From Desulfuromonadales bacterium (GTDB lineage Bacteria > Desulfobacterota > Desulfuromonadia > Desulfuromonadales > JACZKF01), in contig JBAYQP010000006.1 in NCBI GenBank assembly GCA_041677125.1, forward strand, positions 30,480-94,479: a DNA stretch of 64,000 nt. The letters run 5' to 3'. Shown piece after piece: positions 60,031 through 64,000 of this stretch. The notes beneath the pieces are model-generated. The model was not told the origin of the DNA. It was given only the letters and a program-made list of their open reading frames with translations, and made no database searches. The position numbers were made by a program, and so were the translations under genes. Within the stretch, counting starts at the first letter, position 1; each line of letters begins with the position of its first letter.

Positions 60031-60894
60031 ATGAAGAGCATTCTCTTGGCGACCGATATCGCACCGGAAACCGATCGGGCGCTCGAACGAGCGATCAACC
60101 TGGCGACGACACTCTCGGCCAAGCTGCACATTCTGCACGTCTCCCCTGAAAAATCCTTTTCCTTGGCGAAAAAACCGGCAGACACCCTCAGGCGGGGTGC
60201 TGAAGTCATCCTGCGGGAGTACCTGCAAGGATACGGCGAACTGCAAAATCTGAAACCGACCGTGAAGGTCATCGACGGACGAGAAGTTTATCTCGAAATC
60301 GTCCAGTACGCGGAAAAGGTCAAGGCCGGCCTGATCGTGATGGGGATGCACGGCAAGGCCAGCGTGCGCGACATGTTTGCCGGAACAACCATCGAAAGGG
60401 TCATTCGCAAGGGGATAAAGCCGGTCCTGATGGTCAGGAACAAGCCGCAGGGGGATTACGGGAGCATCCTGGTCGGCACGGATTTTTCGGCCGGTTCGAA
60501 GCAGGCGTTTCATGTCGCCCTGGAAGTGGCGTCAAAGGGCAGTTTTCACCTGGTGCACTCGTATGATATTCCGGAAACCGATATCGGCGCTAAGATCGAA
60601 CGGTTTGCCGGCGATGTGATAGTGCAATGCGAAAATAACGAGATGGAAAAATTCATCAAGGAAAGCCGCAGCAGACTGAAAAAATCCGGTATCGCCCCGG
60701 AGAGATTCCATCCCCGAGTCGTCCAGGGGGCCGCCTTCTCCTGCCTGATGCGCGAAGCCAAGAACATCAATGCGGAGTTGATCGCCATCGGGACGCACAG
60801 CCGGACCACTCTGCTGCCGTACAAGCTCGGGGGAACGGCCCAGGACATTCTCAGCAATCCGCCCTGCGACGTACTGGTGGCCAAAGGCATCTGA
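60031..60894 (+). CDS. Tandem universal stress protein (two UspA domains)
   Basis: Two Usp repeats (ILLATD...LHILHV...LIVMGMHG; ILVGTDFS...LVHSYD...LIAIGTHSRT...GGTAQ). GGAGGAG RBS upstream. Confidence 0.88.
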   Translation: MKSILLATDIAPETDRALERAINLATTLSAKLHILHVSPEKSFSLAKKPADTLRRGAEVILREYLQGYGELQNLKPTVKVIDGREVYLEIVQYAEKVKAGLIVMGMHGKASVRDMFAGTTIERVIRKGIKPVLMVRNKPQGDYGSILVGTDFSAGSKQAFHVALEVASKGSFHLVHSYDIPETDIGAKIERFAGDVIVQCENNEMEKFIKESRSRLKKSGIAPERFHPRVVQGAAFSCLMREAKNINAELIAIGTHSRTTLLPYKLGGTAQDILSNPPCDVLVAKGI

Positions 60895-61179
60895 CGGTCC
60901 ACAAATACGGATATCCTTCGGGCCTTCTTGCCGAATTCCGATTTTAACCGCAGTGGCGCCGGCATCATCAATCCCGCAGTCGATGTAGAGGGACGCGGCG
61001 TACCGTCGTTCTAAATTCGCCCGCCAACAATCCACGGCGCGCAGGATCGGTTCGCTGGATCAGCGTCGCGCTCCGCCCAATGGCAATCCAAGCCGCCTCT
61101 CCTTCCGACAGTTACGGCGGCCTTTCACCTTCGCCTCCCCGCCCGCAAACTCCCCGCCGACACCTCCGCACCCTTCCTG

Positions 61180-62289
61180 TTGAAATTTCGTATTTTCTTG
61201 TTAATTCAGATGGTAAGCGCCACACCAGGGAAAGGCAGAGCGATCCGAATACGAAAGGGAGAAGCAGAGGGGAGGCAACTGAAGCGAGTGCTTCTGGTGG
61301 GAGAAGAGCCGGCGCGCTCGGCGCCTTCGCGCACCCTTGCCGCCGAACTCACGCGGTTGGGGGTGGATGCCGGTTTTTCCATGGGAGCGGAGTGGACCAG
61401 CACCCCCCGTTGGCTGCGACTGGTCCGGCGCAACGACGCGGTCATTTTCGTCCGCTACCAGAGCGACGACATCCATTTTCAGCGTCAGCTGCACCTGGCC
61501 GGGCTCTTCGGCTGTTGCGTCATCCGCTGGTGGGTCGGTTCGGATGTCTACAACTGCCTGCGCTCGCCGGAAGCGGCGAGCGCCGCGCGGGAGCTGGACC
61601 GGGCCGTCGATCTAAACATCGCGGTGGCCGCCCACCTGGTGAGCGAACTGGGCGGCATCGGCATTCATGCGGAACATGTCCCTTCCATTTGCGACCTGGC
61701 CGCAATCGATACCGTTCCGCCCCCTTCCCTGCCGCTTTCGGTGCTGACTTATCTGCCCGAGGGGCGGAAAGCTTTTTATGGCGAAGAGGTGCTCATCGCG
61801 GCGATCGAGGCGAATCCCGACCTGGAATTCATCGTCGTCAGCGACGATTCCCATGCGCTGGCGCATTACCAAAATGTCCAAAGTGTCGGCTGGGTCGAGG
61901 AAATGGAAACGGTGTGGCCGCGGATTGGGGTATTGCTGCGCGTGACTGAGCATGACGGCTTGCCGCGGATGGTCCTCGAAGCTCTCGCCCGCTACCGCTA
62001 TGTCATCTATTCCTGGCCGCTGGCGGGCTGCTGGCTGGCAAGGACCGCCGGGGAGGTGTTGTCCCAACTGGAACGGTTCAAAGCGAGCCAAAGCATCAAT
62101 ATCGTCGGCCCCGCCGCCGCCCGCGCCATCGGGGCGGATGCCGGCAGCCGGTTTTTGCAGCTGGCGGAATCCCGGCAAAGGGCTGGCCGGCGGCCCCGGT
62201 GGTCTTCGCTGCGGCAGGCGATCCGCTGCCAAAGAAGATTGGCCGCATTTCCGCCGCTTCGAAGGCTGTCCAGGGGGGCACGGCCCTGA
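61180..62289 (+). CDS. Putative GT-B glycosyltransferase-like protein (orphan; C-terminal about 60 aa look non-native)
   Basis: Rossmann-like halves and an E-x7-E-like motif (TEHDGLPRMVLEALARYRYVI), comparable to the GT4 EGFG..vlEAmA motif. The start is uncertain. The basic, low-complexity tail suggests read-through into foreign sequence. Confidence 0.45.
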   Translation: MKFRIFLLIQMVSATPGKGRAIRIRKGEAEGRQLKRVLLVGEEPARSAPSRTLAAELTRLGVDAGFSMGAEWTSTPRWLRLVRRNDAVIFVRYQSDDIHFQRQLHLAGLFGCCVIRWWVGSDVYNCLRSPEAASAARELDRAVDLNIAVAAHLVSELGGIGIHAEHVPSICDLAAIDTVPPPSLPLSVLTYLPEGRKAFYGEEVLIAAIEANPDLEFIVVSDDSHALAHYQNVQSVGWVEEMETVWPRIGVLLRVTEHDGLPRMVLEALARYRYVIYSWPLAGCWLARTAGEVLSQLERFKASQSINIVGPAAARAIGADAGSRFLQLAESRQRAGRRPRWSSLRQAIRCQRRLAAFPPLRRLSRGARP

Positions 62290-62454
62290 CGCCCTTCACC
62301 CGCTCCCGGCACCGGCAATTCGCCGGACGATTCGCCTGCCGGTGGAGAAAATCGGGTGCAGGCGCTGCGGAACGACCAGCTTGGCCAGCAGTTCGCACGT
62401 TGCCGGCGACCGGGGCGCGGCTCTCCCGCCCGCAGATAGGTGGTCGCCGCGCGA

Positions 62455-62850
62455 TCATGCGCGGAAAAAATAGATCTTGCTGATGAGGTGCGCGTTGGCG
62501 CTGAGACTGGAGGTGGCCTCGGTCAGGGCGTTGGAGAAGTAGGTCCAAGGCACGAGGGCGACAAAGGCGAAAACGGAGTACGGCGCGCCGTCGGACTCCA
62601 CGCCCACCAGCCGGCCGAAAACCAGGGTGAAAACGACCATGGTCGCCAGCGGCTGAATCACCGCCCAGCCGATGCCGATGGCGCTCTGCGCACAGCGCAC
62701 CTTGACGCCGCGCCAGATAAGGAAAAAGAACAGATCCCGGTACTCGCGCATTTCCCGCCAGTCGATCAGACGCCAGCCGGAACGGGGCCGGATAAAGATC
62801 ACCGGCATTTCCGCTGCGGCCGGCGGGCTTGGTGCGTTGGTCTTCGGCAT
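62455..62850 (-). pseudogene. Truncated ABC-2 type polysaccharide exporter permease (Wzm/TagG-like), N-terminal half only
   Basis: Typical Wzm N-terminus (W.E...YRDL...L..R..KVRY.QS..G..W....P.......F...) ends at KIYFFRA-stop, where K[IV]YFPR is expected. No continuation appears in any frame, and there is no adjacent ATPase. Confidence 0.65.
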
Positions 62851-63056
62851 CGATACGCTCTCTCTGGTCCGGCTGTCCGGTCGTCAAAGGAGATCCTACA
62901 AGATCGCCCTGCTGTATCAAGCTGATCGAAGACAAATTTAATTTTCGGGGAGCAGGAAAAAAGACGCCGGCGCGGTCGCCAACCCCTGAAGATCGGGAAC
63001 ATGAAAATCCCCCCCGCTTCGCGTGCGCCTTCGCAGCGGAGTTTGGCCGCGGCGGG

Positions 63057-64000
63057 TCAGACCTGGGGGGTGGGCAGGATTTTTCGGCCGAGGGGGCGAA
63101 AGAGCGTCGGGTAAAGGATGCTGGCGAGAAGGGCGGTGAGGATGAGAGCGCCGGCCGTTTCCGAGGAGATGACGCCCATCCGCTCTCCGAGGGTGCCGGC
63201 AACGACGATCATCGACAGCGGCGCCGACAACAGGATGGACATGGCGGCGGCCTCGCGCAGGGAAAGGCGCAGCGGACGGGCGAGAAGCAGGGGGAAGAGA
63301 TTGCTGACCAGCACCATGGCGGTGAGAAAAAGGGCCATGAGCAGGGTCTCCGGCTGGGTGAGCAGGGAGAGGTCGAGCTGCGAGCCGACGCCGATGAAGA
63401 AAAAAGGGATCAGGAAGCCGAAGCCGAGAGCATTGATCTTCTCCTCGAAACGCCCCTTGCTCTTGAACACATGGCCAAAAACGACGCCGGCGAGAAAGGA
63501 GCCGAGGATCGGCTCGGCGCCGGCGGCGGCGGCGAGCAGTCCGCCGGAGAAGGCGACGGTGACGACGGCGCGGATGCCCTCCTCCACCGGGTCCTCGCTT
63601 TCCATGACCTTTTCGACCCGCTCCGGGTTCCACCAGGCGAGCAGGTACAGCAGCTTGAGGACGAAAAGGGCGAGCATGAAGAGGAGGGTGAGCTTGAGCA
63701 GCTCCAGGCCGGCATACCAGGTCAGGCCATGCTTTTCATAGGCGTCGATGAGCGTGAGCGCCAGGATCGACAGCAGCTCGCCGGTGAGGGCGACGCCGAC
63801 GATATCCCGCCCCAAGGGCGTGCGAATCAATTCCAGCTCTTTGAGGACCGGAATGACAATGCCTGCGGAGATCATCGCCACCGCCACCCCGAGGAAAAAG
63901 GGTTGGCCGAAGGCGACGAAAATCAGCGGCGTCACGGTGAAGGAGAGCAGGGAAACCAGTACATACCAGAAGGTTTTGCCGCTGCGCTGGATGGCGCCGA
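63057..64000 (-). CDS. Cation:proton antiporter (CPA2/Kef-type), C-terminal part; 5' end lies outside the window
   Basis: Polytopic membrane protein with Na+/H+ exchanger-like segments (ILGSFLAGVVFG, GFGFLIPFFFIGVG). The frame stays open to the window end. Confidence 0.85.
   Translation of the reverse strand, partial: GAIQRSGKTFWYVLVSLLSFTVTPLIFVAFGQPFFLGVAVAMISAGIVIPVLKELELIRTPLGRDIVGVALTGELLSILALTLIDAYEKHGLTWYAGLELLKLTLLFMLALFVLKLLYLLAWWNPERVEKVMESEDPVEEGIRAVVTVAFSGGLLAAAAGAEPILGSFLAGVVFGHVFKSKGRFEEKINALGFGFLIPFFFIGVGSQLDLSLLTQPETLLMALFLTAMVLVSNLFPLLLARPLRLSLREAAAMSILLSAPLSMIVVAGTLGERMGVISSETAGALILTALLASILYPTLFRPLGRKILPTPQV

Overview
High-GC window that looks like core chromosome of a Desulfuromonadales/Geobacter-like deltaproteobacterium; this lineage call is inferred from gene content and protein style only. 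About 55 protein genes can be supported. They include a complete, translationally coupled 12-gene type II secretion operon (gspC-N, 618-12472), then lon, a GGDEF cyclase and trpS. Next come a DUF485-actP acetate permease pair, asnS, an orphan sensor kinase, prfC and a four-gene lipoprotein operon. After that are aroC, an AIM24-family gene, a GAF/HD-GYP phosphodiesterase, OsmC and an iron-sulfur flavoprotein, and tamA-tamB. A long minus-strand gene string follows (TPR-copA-TIGR00725-DHH-amiC-rph-rdgB), then tRNA-Pro(CGG), a 990-aa DUF748/AsmA-like protein and a tandem Usp. The window ends with a decayed polysaccharide-export region (orphan glycosyltransferase plus truncated Wzm permease) and a partial cation/proton antiporter. 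I saw no rRNA, CRISPR array, intact mobile element, integrase or recognisable defence system. The strongest theme is cell-envelope biogenesis: T2SS, TamAB, DUF748, lipoprotein module, AmiC and an L,D-transpeptidase. The observations most worth follow-up are listed here. (1) A terminator-like attenuator in the trpS leader. (2) A cNMP-binding-domain gene whose central segment reads only in a shifted frame, which suggests two compensating frameshifts. (3) A roughly 150-aa hydrophilic insertion in ActP. (4) The uncharacterised four-lipoprotein operon. (5) A perfect 14-bp palindrome in the DUF748/usp divergent promoter. (6) The truncated Wzm/orphan GT locus. None of these is a clear new multi-gene system, and all functional calls rest on motif recognition by eye, not on searches.
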